Shown here: piece after piece, positions 48,701 to 61,000 of the stretch | How positions within the stretch are numbered: the stretch's first letter is position 1 | Layout: each line of letters opens with the position of its first letter | Virus record (IMG/VR): IMGVR_UViG_3300006620_000021 | Source of the DNA: an uncultured virus (IMG/VR IMGVR_UViG_3300006620_000021) | Taxonomy: Duplodnaviria; Heunggongvirae; Uroviricota; Caudoviricetes | Direction: 5' to 3' (one strand) | Length of the DNA: 64,000 bases | The notes under the pieces: model-generated | The model's input: only the letters and a program-made list of their open reading frames with translations | Databases searched by the model: none | What the model was told of the DNA's origin: nothing | Position numbers and translations under genes: made by a program

Positions 48701-51700
48701 AACTTCAAACTGAGGATTAGTTGATACGTTTGGATTTGGAATAAAGAATGTTCCAAGAACTGTACCAGAAGTATCTGTTATAAGTTTGACTGCAGTAACT
48801 TCTGCCTCACCAGAAGCACCACGCAGTCTCATTCCTGAAGTAATATAACCCGTATAAAGAGACTGATTGCTTTCTGCAAGTGATCTAGTATCTACATTAA
48901 GAATTACAGATGAACTAGAATAGTTCTCTGGAATAGTGTAGTTTTCATCATATGGACTATTACCAAAAGTATCTGTTGGTGCTGTAATAGGACCATACTT
49001 ATGATTAGACTGCGCTACTCTGAATGAAATTGATGGTAAAGTTCCACCAGGAGCAACACCAGTCATGGTGCCAGTAACTCTTTCGCCTACGCTGAAAGAT
49101 CCACTGATCATTCTAATTTCAATGAGTTTTGGTATTACATAACGATTTACATCTTCACCATCAAAGAATCCATAAAGTCTTGTTCTTGGTTTGAATCTCT
49201 TACCAGTGAACTCAACATTACGTGATCTCATAAATGGAACCACGTCAGTACTTACAACTCTATCACCTTCATTACGAGTTTGTACTTGTTCAGATACTCT
49301 AAGTTGTGAACCAGTTCTAGTACGAGTACCAGTTCTAGTTGTTGTAGTAGTAACTGTAGTTCTTGTGTTGTTTGTTTGTACTAATGTATTTCCTCTATTC
49401 TGAACAGAAGAACCTGTAACAACAGTCTCTGAAGCAGAACTGGAACTACTGCCAGTCCATGTTGTTGCCCAAGCACCCCATCTAGCAGGACCAAGACCAG
49501 TTTGAGCATCATAACCAGCAAATTCTAATTGAAGTCTCGTTTGAGTGTAATTATCTACTTCAATTCTTTGTGGTTGTAATCTAACCTGATCAATCCATAT
49601 ATCAGATGCTGGGAACAATTCAATGTTACCAGTATAAGATACGACAAGATATGGAACTACATTCTCAACTCTGGTTGCAAATGGTTGTTGAATCTCAAGT
49701 TCTGAGAAGTAATTAATGGTCAATAATTGACCAGTTCTTCTAAAGTTTGATCCAATTAAGTCGGTAACTAAAGCAGGATCCGATACAACAGATGTTGTTC
49801 CAATTCCAAGTAAAGATCTAGAACCAACCAACAGGTCAACTTCAGTTGTGAAGTGTGAGGGTCTTAATTCGAGATTTACAGGGTCAATAGCATTAGTGAC
49901 TCTACCACCTTGTAGTTGATTTGTTCTAGTTGTAAAGTTATCAACAAAGATACCAGATTTGAATCTTGTCAGTCCAGTATCATCTGTGATATTCAAAGCA
50001 TCAGTCTTTGCTTCAAGTAAAGACAATGCGGTGTAGTATTCAAGGTTTTCAATCCTATCTTCCAGGACTGCAATATCCTTCATTCTGTATCTCTTATGAG
50101 ATTTCAGTGATATGGATAAATTCTCAGCATTACAAACATAGGGAGGAAGTCTAACTGTTCCAACTTCCAATGCATTCTCCAATGGAATTGGAGGTAGTGG
50201 AGATTCTGCAGGAACACCTTGCAGCAATTGGAATCCACCATCTGGTTTAAAGTAAATTCTATCAATTCGCGGCAGATAATACGAATAGTCTACCAGAATT
50301 GATTCATCAGATGCTAAAATATTCTTAGCGGAGTTTGTTGAATCTGAGAAGTTTCTTGAACTAAATTCAAATGGAGATGCTGTAGTTGAATCTGGATCAA
50401 ATACCGTAACTCTAGGTCTGATATCAATAATATCAGTTACTCTAGTTTTATCCTTAACAATAGGCAAGTCACAATAATCAAACTGATTATAAGACTCTAA
50501 AGTAGTGATATCACCTTCGGTTGAGGAAGTATATTCTGCAGATTGGAATACAATTCTTAAACGATTTCTTGGATTTTTTGATCCTGGTTTCCTAATCAGT
50601 CTAGAGTAATCAAGAATGGTGTCTCTTTGACCAGAATCAAGAGTATATCTGTTGAGAATATTATTATCACCTACAGTAAAATCGTTGATAGTAGCAGTGA
50701 TTCCTGTAGCAGAAGATAATACAGATTCTCCATTCTCAAATTTAATATCGTTCAAGTAAACAATATTTAAAACAGAACTTGTTTGTCTACCATAGACAAT
50801 AGCAATAGCGCCAGATTTTTGACCCGTAATCTCTTCACCAATATTATAGTCATCTGTTTTACCTGTTGGACCATTCAGGTTGAATAATGAAATTGTGGGG
50901 AGCTCTGGATTACCTGTATCACTAGATTCATATACTGCATAGACCTTAACTACATCTGGTTCTAAGAGACAGATCTCTCTATCTTGTACTCTAAGACCAT
51001 AACCAAAAGATCCATGTGTTAAACCATCATTAAGGGTGGTAGATCCAATACCAGAAGATACCAATCTAGACTTATTAACAATAATCGAATTTGTTGTCTT
51101 TGATTTCTTTACCTTGGTTGTTACGTTTGTTTTTCTAAGAGTAGTAATTAGTCTTGCTGGACCAGACTGCTGCGCCAATCCAAATATTCTCAGTTCCTTG
51201 TTACCATTAGTAAATCTTAATTTATCTTCTGTTAACTCTTCAAAAGCACCACTATTATTGACTAAAACATATCTTTCTTCATCATAAGGTAAGAATGTCT
51301 CATTCTCTCCTGCTTGAATTGTATTAGTTGCATTTGCAGTGAGAGTTACAGTAAATTCCTTTTTAATTGTAAGTCTAGATGACTCTAAATTTACAGAGGC
51401 AATAAATTCCTTAGGAAGTGGTGTGTAAAGAGTGTTATCTGATGATGCTTGAAACTTTGTATTGACTACAGTAAAATCGGTTGGACTAATAGACGATGTT
51501 GGAAGACCACCATCGTTAACATTAGATACCGTTGTAATACCTACAATAACAAAGTTATTTTCGTCAGTAACCTCAGTAATTTTTGCATAGGTTCTAACTT
51601 TAGTGCTACCAAGAAGACTATTTGTAAATGCTACAATATCCCCTGGTTTGACCTGGTTAGTAACTTCTGTAATTGAAGTCACCGTAGAGATTCCTGGCGC

Positions 51701-53440
51701 AGTTCCTGACTTGGGTGATATAGTTACACTAGGAAGAGCGAATCTTGAAGATAACTTTGTATCGCCATTAAAGGTAATACCTGTGCCAACCTCACAATAA
51801 ACTGATTTAGCATCACCAACACCAAAAGTGGTAACAGCAGTAGATACTCTACCGTCCGCTATACCATTAAAGGATAATTTCTCACCCTTAAGGAATGTGC
51901 CTCTAGTGCCATATACGGTAGCAATACCAGTAGTGGTATTAAATCTTAAGTGTCCAGTAGCACCACTAGATCTACCCTCAATGTAAGTTGGTACATTTAA
52001 GTTTGCCGCGTTATTTAATTGAATCTCAGTGTATGGTTGAATATCATAAAGAGCAGTATCCCATTCATTCAGTTCAGATGCTACACTAGAATATGATCCA
52101 GACTCTAATGCATAGTCATAAACTCTAGCAACACCAATTTCTCTACCTGCTGGATCTGTACCTACAGATCCAATTCTATCACTTCTAAGACTAATTATCG
52201 ATGATGTACTAAACCCAATTCTTGGAGCACCAGTGACTCTATTAAGAGTTAAGGTTGGACCAGTAAAATAGTTAACTGCCTGACCTTCTAACTTTTTAGT
52301 TGTTCTGGTTTTGGGGAAATCTAGATAATGTATAGTTTTGGAATCACATTCAAATCCACGAATAAATGCTTTACCAGGAGAGATTTTGTATGTTCCTAAA
52401 TCATCACTAGGTACGTTTTGATTATATGTTAATTGGTCTTTTGTGAATACACCATTATTACCTCTCATATCATTGAGAGATTCTCTTGCATGAATAGCAA
52501 ATGGTTTTACATAAAAGTCGCCAGATTGATCATATGTTCTTCTTGCCAGTTCTTCTGCTAACTCATTATATTGAGTCTTATCAGTAATATGCTGAATATC
52601 ACCATCTCTGATGATCATTAACTCAGCAAAATTTTCATTCTTTGTTGCTTCTAAATCTAACTTATCTAAAGATGCTGAGATCTTTAATCTATCTGCACCA
52701 GGTGCAGCATAGTTGTTAAATCCTTTTGCATTATCTGTAAGGGATGCATCTTGTCCAGATGTTATAATGTCTTCATAGATGGTTAATCCAATCCTGAATG
52801 AGGGTGAATTATTGTGTGCATCTAAGATAAGAGTTTGTGCTGGAACTTTTACGAAAGTTCCTCTTAAGAAATATACGCCTTCGCTTAAAAATACTGCAGA
52901 TCCAATAGAAGTTGCATTTGTTGGAGCAGTTTTTGTAATTGCCTGTCCTGCTTGAAGAGTTATTCCCGTGTCAGCAGTAACTGTGTTTTCTAAAAGTAGT
53001 ACTTCATCGTCATCAAATACATCTTTACCAGAGACACCACCACCCAAGTACTGGATAAAAAATGTTAAGTAATCTCTTTCAGACTCGTCTCTCTCACCAT
53101 AAAATACAATTTTTGCCTTTACATTAGAATTTTGACCTACAATAGTCTCATTAATCAGGTCTTCAGCATTTGTATCAACATCTAAACCGAGATATGTATG
53201 CTCTACTTCAACACTGGTCAACTCGTTATTATAGTTGATTTGACCAGGAATTACCATGGAACCCTCTTTAAAGAGGTGAGTTCCAAGTTGCTCTACTTGA
53301 TCCTGTAAGATAGACTGTAAGGACGTTAATTCCCTAGCTTGAATAGGTAATCCTGGTTTGAATAATACTTTATAGTAATTATCTTTCGGATCAAAGTCGT
53401 CAAAATAAGGAGATACGTTTAGGTTAGTTTCTTGTGGCAT
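45713..53440 (-). CDS. Large virion structural protein (VrlC/DUF4815-like), 2575 aa
   Basis: PYFDDF...LFKPG..QARELT.LQS, APGADRLKI, RFKSGIFVDNF and DPLAQSF; lies after gp8. Confidence 0.85.
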   Translation of the reverse strand: MPQETNLNVSPYFDDFDPKDNYYKVLFKPGLPIQARELTSLQSILQDQVEQLGTHLFKEGSMVIPGQINYNNELTSVEVEHTYLGLDVDTNAEDLINETIVGQNSNVKAKIVFYGERDESERDYLTFFIQYLGGGVSGKDVFDDDEVLLLENTVTADTGITLQAGQAITKTAPTNATSIGSAVFLSEGVYFLRGTFVKVPAQTLILDAHNNSPSFRIGLTIYEDIITSGQDASLTDNAKGFNNYAAPGADRLKISASLDKLDLEATKNENFAELMIIRDGDIQHITDKTQYNELAEELARRTYDQSGDFYVKPFAIHARESLNDMRGNNGVFTKDQLTYNQNVPSDDLGTYKISPGKAFIRGFECDSKTIHYLDFPKTRTTKKLEGQAVNYFTGPTLTLNRVTGAPRIGFSTSSIISLRSDRIGSVGTDPAGREIGVARVYDYALESGSYSSVASELNEWDTALYDIQPYTEIQLNNAANLNVPTYIEGRSSGATGHLRFNTTTGIATVYGTRGTFLKGEKLSFNGIADGRVSTAVTTFGVGDAKSVYCEVGTGITFNGDTKLSSRFALPSVTISPKSGTAPGISTVTSITEVTNQVKPGDIVAFTNSLLGSTKVRTYAKITEVTDENNFVIVGITTVSNVNDGGLPTSSISPTDFTVVNTKFQASSDNTLYTPLPKEFIASVNLESSRLTIKKEFTVTLTANATNTIQAGENETFLPYDEERYVLVNNSGAFEELTEDKLRFTNGNKELRIFGLAQQSGPARLITTLRKTNVTTKVKKSKTTNSIIVNKSRLVSSGIGSTTLNDGLTHGSFGYGLRVQDREICLLEPDVVKVYAVYESSDTGNPELPTISLFNLNGPTGKTDDYNIGEEITGQKSGAIAIVYGRQTSSVLNIVYLNDIKFENGESVLSSATGITATINDFTVGDNNILNRYTLDSGQRDTILDYSRLIRKPGSKNPRNRLRIVFQSAEYTSSTEGDITTLESYNQFDYCDLPIVKDKTRVTDIIDIRPRVTVFDPDSTTASPFEFSSRNFSDSTNSAKNILASDESILVDYSYYLPRIDRIYFKPDGGFQLLQGVPAESPLPPIPLENALEVGTVRLPPYVCNAENLSISLKSHKRYRMKDIAVLEDRIENLEYYTALSLLEAKTDALNITDDTGLTRFKSGIFVDNFTTRTNQLQGGRVTNAIDPVNLELRPSHFTTEVDLLVGSRSLLGIGTTSVVSDPALVTDLIGSNFRRTGQLLTINYFSELEIQQPFATRVENVVPYLVVSYTGNIELFPASDIWIDQVRLQPQRIEVDNYTQTRLQLEFAGYDAQTGLGPARWGAWATTWTGSSSSSASETVVTGSSVQNRGNTLVQTNNTRTTVTTTTTRTGTRTRTGSQLRVSEQVQTRNEGDRVVSTDVVPFMRSRNVEFTGKRFKPRTRLYGFFDGEDVNRYVIPKLIEIRMISGSFSVGERVTGTMTGVAPGGTLPSISFRVAQSNHKYGPITAPTDTFGNSPYDENYTIPENYSSSSVILNVDTRSLAESNQSLYTGYITSGMRLRGASGEAEVTAVKLITDTSGTVLGTFFIPNPNVSTNPQFEVGTKIFRLTSNSTNSQIAGLTDTSGEESYFASGTVNNMQETIRSTRSPRFERVAASETQPATDVRVTRTSTNSTSTSTTPLPVPPPPPPPPPPPPAPTPSAPPNPPRRGGGRRRVVIRRPTIVRRVRRVRRRPVRRRRRRPAPPPPRPRRRPPRPPRRPPRPPRRRRGKDPLAQSFSLADDPGSFITEIDVYIRTKDPVLPLIVQLRPMNAGVPSEQIYPFGEVILDPADVIETHDASIPTKVTFPSPVYLNGEAEHAIVMLSNSHEYTAWISRMGEVDVSTLLQPESRQVIVSSQPHLGSLFKSQNGSTWTPSQYEDMKFSLYTANFDETATVSFFNPELGIGNNQIATLVQDPIEFNSRSLVVTANDVINTANFVEGNTIVQENTNASGDYVGAGGSATGTLTIVNAGIGYTPSNGTQLTYDNVALRTFSGRGRNATADITIGAQGATNGVAIAATINNGGSGYQVGDVFLVESVGSESLGRNLELSVGNVNGINELFIENVQGEFQLNASKPLQYVSPSTGITTMFSLAGNPIQVADFELEALDRDGLHINVQHKNHGMHDTRNIVRIQNAQSDRRPTTLTAEYTNSESGAISIASTAGFETFESVSVGSTNPGYVIIDDEIISYTGISNGQLTGITRGIDGTGSFTYPDTSNISKYENSGISLRRINTDHTLSDSLVARSIGFDNYHLKINTAINGVDRSTGVGFPKLFINSNASEGGNRVTATQNIQFEAVRPIVQTMALPGTSIKAELKGISATSIDGNELSFEQTESTPINLSEDSYMPEARMIASRVNELQQQSGLPADKSMELTFTLSTANNNISPVIDLDRVGMVLISNRVNAPITDYTTDRRTANIDDDPTAFIYANKQVELENPATSIKILLAGYVNTFNDIRAFYSISNTPEIEPLYYPFPGYTNLDTNGKIIDFAKSNGLPDKRVPKTDRLASESQNLVYRDYEFSIDNLPEFKYFSIKLVGTSTNQAYPPRIKDLRVIGLA
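48197..48470 (-). repeat. Low-complexity poly-Pro and Arg/Pro-rich coding tract
   Basis: P12 run, then RRVVIRRPTIVRRVRRVRRRPVRRRRRRPAPPPPRPRRRPPRPPRRPPRPPRRRR; near-tandem 21-nt repeat. Confidence 0.9.
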
Positions 53441-53446
53441 AATCCT

Positions 53447-55030
53447 TTAGAATTGCAAAATAACTTTGATATCTTCTCTTTGGTTCACAGACCTGAGAAT
53501 TGAAGGTCTGTTGTCTACATACAATACCGTTCCAGAATATTTTTTGATCTCTGGATCAGCAAGACCGTCAATAAATGTCTGACCCAGGTAGTATGTTTTA
53601 TTATTTATGACGGTACTAATACCTGGATTAGTGTCATCTCCAAATCCATCATCTATGTATAATTCTTTAGATCCACCACTAATTTTTAATGACCCACCCT
53701 GCCCAAATCCAGCAGAAAATTCATTCATAGAAAGACCAAAAGTTGGATTTGCTTTTTGAGTACCATCGGTGTTAAAACCAACCAAAGATCTATCTTGCCA
53801 ATATTTTAGTACGCCAGTTTCTGCATTGTAAGCAACTACTCTGCCAACCGCAGTAACACCAGTACCGATGGTCTGAGTGATTATGGCGTTCTGATTAAAT
53901 GTTGTTGTTTTAAAGTCGTTCTGATTTGGTGGCAAACCTTTCAACATAAGACCATATAGAGCACTTACCCTGTCTTCCCCAAGAACTACATTAGACTCAA
54001 ATCCTTCAGGATTTTCAACAATACCAATTCTTGCAACATTAGTTCCAGTAACAAAGTCGGGGTTTTGATCGTTATTTTCAATCCGTGAATAGATCAAAAC
54101 GTTGGTTGAACCCAATTCTTTGTAAATATCAAATCCATGACCACCTTGGGGTGGAATAATAACATCAAATGTTGGTGTTGTTGATCCTTGAGGAACATTT
54201 CCTCCAATCAAATCAACAGTACCATAAGTATATCCACTTCCGCCACTAGACACCGTAATTGATTCAACTTTCGAGTCGTTGTTGATAACAATTGTACACT
54301 CTGCTCCGCTTCCATCACCCCTAATAGGAACTCTAGAGTAAGTAGTATTTGCGGGACCTACAAGATACCCTCTATTTGTAATTGTAATATGCTTTAACTG
54401 TCCACTAGTAGTAGCGTTAGATCTGACAGGTTGATATTCTGAATTTGATTCCCAATCTACAGGAATAGGAATAAAATTCAGGGAGTCAAATTTAATAATG
54501 TCACTAGGACTAATTGTATAAAGATATTTCCAAACATAACCGTCACCACTGGTTCCAGCAACCCTTGGTTCTAAGTCTGTGAACCTTGGTTCATCCAGAG
54601 ATGGTCTCCCGTTTGGATTCTCAGGATCCGCACCATTACTTATGCAAATGTAAACTCTAAATTCACTGTTTACAATAAAGTAGTTTGACGCATATAAACT
54701 TGTCTTATTTGATGGTCTAGAAAGATTGTTCCTATTAACATCATGACGATATGCGTCATAAATTGTTGCAGATGCCCACTCCACTTTCCTCACAACTGGG
54801 CGGACATCATCAGCACCAATTTTTTTAAGTGCGATCATTGTATCATAATAAAAATTATTGTCATCAAAACAATCTCTTGGAGCAGGAGGTGCTGTGTTCC
54901 AAGTGGATGCAACTTCCGTTGCATTTGGTAATCCTAAGAATGTGTAATAAGACTTGTTGGGATCTCTAATCTTTTCGATAAAGTTCCTAGCGTTATTAAC
55001 TCTCAACAAGTCAGTTATAATTGCGGCCAT
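53447..55030 (-). CDS. gp8: Baseplate wedge subunit (gp8)
   Basis: VYICISNG, DGYVWKYLYTI and LYVDNR..I.R..NQREDIK. Confidence 0.9.
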   Translation of the reverse strand: MAAIITDLLRVNNARNFIEKIRDPNKSYYTFLGLPNATEVASTWNTAPPAPRDCFDDNNFYYDTMIALKKIGADDVRPVVRKVEWASATIYDAYRHDVNRNNLSRPSNKTSLYASNYFIVNSEFRVYICISNGADPENPNGRPSLDEPRFTDLEPRVAGTSGDGYVWKYLYTISPSDIIKFDSLNFIPIPVDWESNSEYQPVRSNATTSGQLKHITITNRGYLVGPANTTYSRVPIRGDGSGAECTIVINNDSKVESITVSSGGSGYTYGTVDLIGGNVPQGSTTPTFDVIIPPQGGHGFDIYKELGSTNVLIYSRIENNDQNPDFVTGTNVARIGIVENPEGFESNVVLGEDRVSALYGLMLKGLPPNQNDFKTTTFNQNAIITQTIGTGVTAVGRVVAYNAETGVLKYWQDRSLVGFNTDGTQKANPTFGLSMNEFSAGFGQGGSLKISGGSKELYIDDGFGDDTNPGISTVINNKTYYLGQTFIDGLADPEIKKYSGTVLYVDNRPSILRSVNQREDIKVILQF

Positions 55031-55062
55031 TGGGGTGACGGTCTTTTTCTATGTTCTATTTA

Positions 55063-58000
55063 TCACGAAATATAGCCCCTAAATTTAAGAGGATTTTTTC
55101 TTCTAACAACTGGATTTGTTGTTATACCTGCTTGACTGGTGCCATTGGTTACTGCGAATTCTTTTTTCTTAGTTCTTACTGGCAATCCAATCTTACCAAA
55201 ACTATATGTTCCATAGTATGCTGTGGTCGCAAGTCCAACAACATTATTAGATCCTGCACTTTGTAGTGCAACAACTACAGTAGACACTGTAGTACCAAAT
55301 CCAACAGTTGTACCAAGTCCATTGAGACCAGCAGGAATCACCGCTTGCTTTGTGGAAACACTAAAGCATTCATAAACCATGTCAGCACATTCTGTTGATA
55401 TGCCAATTACAGATCCATCAGAACCCAATGAAGTTTGGGCAGCACTAACAAAGTTGGAATTAGTTAATTGGAAATAATCACCAGGTGCAATTTCAGTTAA
55501 AGTTATACCCAGAGATCTTCTAATCTCAGAATCCATAGGAATGTACATATCTAAGGCAAGACCAAGACTGGTTCCAGCACCTATAGTTGTTGTACCAACT
55601 CCCACTATCATTCCATAATCGCCCGTATATGTTACAAAAGCACACTCTTCCTTAAATCTCTTTGGTGGTGCTACAAGAACTGGAGGTGGGAGGATACTTG
55701 CAACATTAAACTTAACTGGGTTACTCAAACGGAATCCTCTAGAAGAAGTTCCAAGTCCAACATTATCAAAAGTATCTATGAATAGAATATCACCAACTTT
55801 ATAGTTTTTGCCACCCTCTACAACATTAATTGCAGCAACATTGAAGTTCAGAGGACTAATCTCAATATTTGCAATAGCGCCAACACCAACACCAGTCTCA
55901 GACTTAAGTCTTGCACCAACAAAAGTGTTGGTTCCAGGTTCAATTGTTGATGGGAATCCACCACCCTGTTCACGAACAGTAATAGAGCTCATAGGACCAC
56001 TATCATAACCAGTTCCTGCCACACCCACATTGATTTGAGTGACTGTACCACCAACACCAATTTGAGAACCAGCTTCTGCTTGCTGACCATCAATTGGTGC
56101 AGCAATTACAACCTCAGGAGGAGTGGTATATCCATAACCAATATTCTCAACAAGAACATTTGCGATAGTTCCATTAACTCCAAATACCGCTTTAGCAGTG
56201 GCACCATCAACTACATCGGGAGAGACAAGTTCAACAATAGATTTCTCTTTGGTTCCAATACCTTCAAATGGATTATCAAAGAATGGGCGAACACTATCAA
56301 CATATGCTACGCTGTCACCAGCACCAACAGTTCTAATCAATTTAGTTGTTGGATTGATAACTGGTTCATAGTAGACTCTATCCTTTCCTATAAATTCGGA
56401 GTCAATAATTTTATCAACAAGTTGTTTGGACCAACTTAATGGTCTTTCAAACAATTCATTTAAAGTAACACCCTGACCAGCATAGTTGTTAGTAATAACT
56501 TTATCTGCTGCTTTAATTTCCATCACCAATCTAGGATCTTCTGTAAATGTTGTAGATCGGTTACTGTAGAGTTGAAGTTCATCACCAACTTCCACAGAAG
56601 GAAGAACCTCAACTGTTTGAACGTCAATTGTCTGTGTACCTGTGTACATAAACATCTTAGCAGTATCACCTTCAGTAGTGACTCCAGTTACACCACCTTT
56701 TGGTGCTTCTGTGAATCTGATTGTGCTACCACCTGTAAATTCGTAACCCTCACCAGGCGTTTGAAGTATATCATTGATGAATACTAACAAATTAGATTGG
56801 AGATTGATACCAGAGTTTGCTTTTGCAAAGAATGAAATTGGATCTGAGTTTACTGCCAGTGGGAAAAGTCTTCTCTTACCATTAAAGAATGGATCAATTT
56901 TATCGAGTACAATAAATTCACCCACGTTCCATCCAGAGAATTTGGATTGGAAAGTTGTTTCAACAGTTAATTCAAATGGTTTGAATGATCCAACACCAAC
57001 AAACTCATGAACGTATCTCTCACTTTCTACTGATGGACCAGCAAATACTGTTATACTGTCAGCAGTATATGATGTGATTCCAATAGAATTGCCATATACT
57101 CTATCCTTATATTGTCTTGGATATGCTTCAATTCTATTGTAATCATCGAGAGAACACTTGAACAATAATGATTCATTAGCAAGTCTAATTTTAGTTCCAG
57201 TTGTAAGATTGTGAGTTCCAATAGTGAGAACCGAAAGACCTGATGTGGGATCATATGTTGCATTATGAACTGGATATTTTACTTCCGAAGATATACCAAC
57301 ATTGAGTGTAATTGTGGTTGAAGTTACTGCGTCAATATTGATAGCAGTGTCATAGAAAGGATCACTTGAACGTGGATAACTGTGCAGAGTTGCATTGCCA
57401 TCCATATCACAAGTAAATGTCAACGAACCATTAGCAATCTTAATACTAGTCCCTGTAGTCAGTGAGTGGGAACCAATAGTTAGTTGTAGTACGCCTGTAG
57501 ATGGAGTGTAAGTTGCGTCAGTAACATCATGGTTTACGATAGGTGATGCACCTACGTTGATTGTAATAGTATCTGTGGTTGTTCCTGTGATAGCAGTTGC
57601 AATTCCAGAAATGGGGTCAGTTGATCTAGGATATGTCTTGGTTGCTGTATTACCATCCATTGTGCAAGTAAGGGACAGTGCATTATCAGCGATGGAAATG
57701 GTATTTGATGTTGATAGTCCATGTCCAGCAGAGGTGATAACCATATCACCTGTTGATGCAGTGTATACAATATCAGTAACTAAGTTTGGCAAGTTACCAA
57801 CATTACTTGTAACACCATTAGTAACAGCAGATACAAATGTATGCACATATCCACCACCAGACTGTACTGCGTTACTTGCTATTCCGCCTACGTAAGTATG
57901 TGGATAATCGCCACCAGCAACAACAGGAAGAATTGCATTAGAAGTTTTTGTCGCAAATGTTGGAATTCCAGTAGTTCCACCAAGACCCACAATAAGTTCG

Positions 58001-61000
58001 TCGGTTGCTCTATAACCATATCCAAAATTATTGATTTCAAATGTTAAAATGGTACTATCTACACTTGGAACTAAGTCTACAGTAGCACCTGTTCCGAATC
58101 CAACAGTTCCTTCTTTGTAAAGTAATGGGATATTATAGTATCCCAATGGAGCATCAAATACAACTGGTAAGTTTTGTCTTACCTCACCACACCTCTTGTA
58201 GAAATGTTGATATGGGGATTTACCAGAATCGATTATGAATGTAAAGTCATCAACAATTTGAATAATCGATGTGCCGTTAGCAGCAAAATCTTGACCAGAA
58301 GTAGAATTGTTGATTTGTCTAGGAGCAATAATAACTTCCTCGACAATACCACCTGAACTATAGAATGTTGGAACTGTAGTAACGCCAACGTTCAGTTCAA
58401 ATTCACTATTACTATTAATCTTTGTTACTTGCGTTCCGCAGTAAGTTGGATCACTAATTCTTGGATATGTATGAATTCCAACTCCACCATCTAAAGCACA
58501 AGTAAATCCTAACCCAGTTAAGGATACGTCAGTACCAACTTTTAACTTGTGTCCAAAGATCAAATTACCACCACTAACATAACTGTGCGGAATAGTTGAT
58601 ACACCTGCATTAAATGTGAGTGTGTACCAGTTTGGAGCAGAGATTATGCTGAATGTATCTCCAAGAGGAGAATTTTGTTGGTTTCCTGGGAAGATATTTG
58701 TGGTAATACCAGTTTGAACTATACCACCAGATACATATGCATGAGATATAGAAGATACACCAACATTTACTGTAAAGGAAGTTGTTGTTCCAACGTTATT
58801 GACTTTAAAGAAGTATCCTTGAGATCCATCGGGGAACTTAGTTGTTGTAAGACCAGCAGTCACTTGACCCGCATTATTCTCAATATAAGTATGCGGAATA
58901 GTTGATACACCAACATTTAATTCAAATTTATCTGAAGCAATTACTGCACTAACAGTAAATGTATTACCTTGTGTTCCATCTGGGAAGATGCTAGTAGTAA
59001 CACCAGAACCTCCTGGACAAGAGAATTCGAGATTGTCAAGTCTAACATCACTACCAATTCCTATAATGCCAGCAATAGGATCAGAAGTAGTAATTGTAGA
59101 CAAACCAGTAATATTGTCATACTTAAACTGTGTAATGGTGAATGTTTGACCATATCCTGTTGGTCCCCCAACGTTACAACTAAAGATAAGTTCTCTCATC
59201 TTAAAGTCGTCAGAAGCACTCAATCCATGATCTACAGTAGTGGTTACTGTTGCCAATCCAGATGTATTGTCATATTGGAAGTTAGATACTGCAAATGTTT
59301 GACCATATCCAACACAGGAAAGTGCTAAACCAGCAAGACTGAAGCTTCTTCCAATGGCGGTCATTGGAACAATCTTCATAGGTTCTATCGTGGTTATAGT
59401 AGCAATACCCGATACATTGTCATACTTAAAGTCACTTACAGTAAATGTAGACAATCCAGTAGTAACTGTCATAATACCAGTTACATTGTCATACAGAGCG
59501 TTAGTAACGTCTACTGGTGGGTAATAATCACAGGTAAATGCGGCACCGACAACTTGAACAAAATCTCCAAGATTTAGATTATGTGCAATATTGGTAGTAA
59601 CAGTTGTTATGCCTGTAATAGAACTATAACCAATGTTTGATATTTCTCTAGGAGCATAGAATACCTGAGGATTTGTAATTGCAAGTCCAACAACATGACC
59701 ATCAACAATTGTTGCGATACCCACTTGAGTGATATTGGATTCAAAGAGACTCTTTGTTTGTATGCCTACATTTACAGTCTGTAAACCAGAACGATATCCA
59801 GACCCACTATTACCAATTGCAACGTTTGTAATTGTTCCTGCTGCAGATACAACTGCAGTACCACCTGCAGCAACTAAAGGTTGGAATCCATAACCAGGTT
59901 TAGATGCAACACTAACAATAACACCACCTCTTGGTGTTTGGTTAACATTGATATCATTATGTTCTGATGGATCTGTAATTTCTCCAGTGAATCCCAGAAG
60001 TAATTGACCACCACCTGCTTCTAACTTATAGTCACCTTCAATATTGGTGATTACGTTACCAAGACGTTGTGGACCCTGGAAGATATCATCAATCAGGAGA
60101 ATAGTGTTATCTGCAACAACATTATCAATATCTTTACCCTCATACTTCAAGTAGAATGAAGTATTGATTCCATTAAATTGATTGGAGATATCATCATAAA
60201 CATAGTTGTTATCATATGCATCAGTAAATTGGGTTGTAAATCCTGCGCTAAGTGCAGATCTTAAGAAGATTCTTCCACTAAATCTTGAACTGGTTGTGAG
60301 ACCTGTATAATCAATCTCATTATTAGACAGTGCAGTAGATCCAAATCCTACAGGTAAATTACCCCAAGGACCTTCAATAAAGTGTAGATTATTTTCAACT
60401 ACATTATAGTTACCAATCTGTTTTACAATTTTTACGTTATTACTATGTGTAGTATCGGTGGTTCCCATCCACCCTCTTCTTACCGTAAATTTATTGTTAG
60501 TATTATCAACACCTGCTATTAGCATGATCTCATTATCAATCCTAATTAAGTCACCACCAAATATAGAACTAACACCAACAACATCAATTACTGTTGTTCC
60601 AATTCCAATTGAAGCGGAAGATGCTGTTGTTATTGCTGAACCAACCATTGGGGACTGAATAGTTCCATTGATGGTAATCAGCAACCTGTTGTTTGGTTCT
60701 ATAGATCTAAAGATATGGGTGCTTCCAATACCAACACCAGTTAAACCAACACCAATAGGATTGAATTGGAGTGCATTTGTTGCAGAAGTAGCAACTCGTA
60801 CTTTTTGGTTATCCTGTTTAATGATCGTAATTCTAGACGGAAGAAGAGTTGTTGTTCCAATTCCTGGTCCAAAATCAGTAGCAGATATGCAAATAGAATT
60901 TGCAGGATTATTATCAGGAGGAATATATTCAACAACTTCACCACTAACAAAGTAGTGATTTAACATGTTCAATGTTCCTTCACCAACAGAAACCTTTGCA

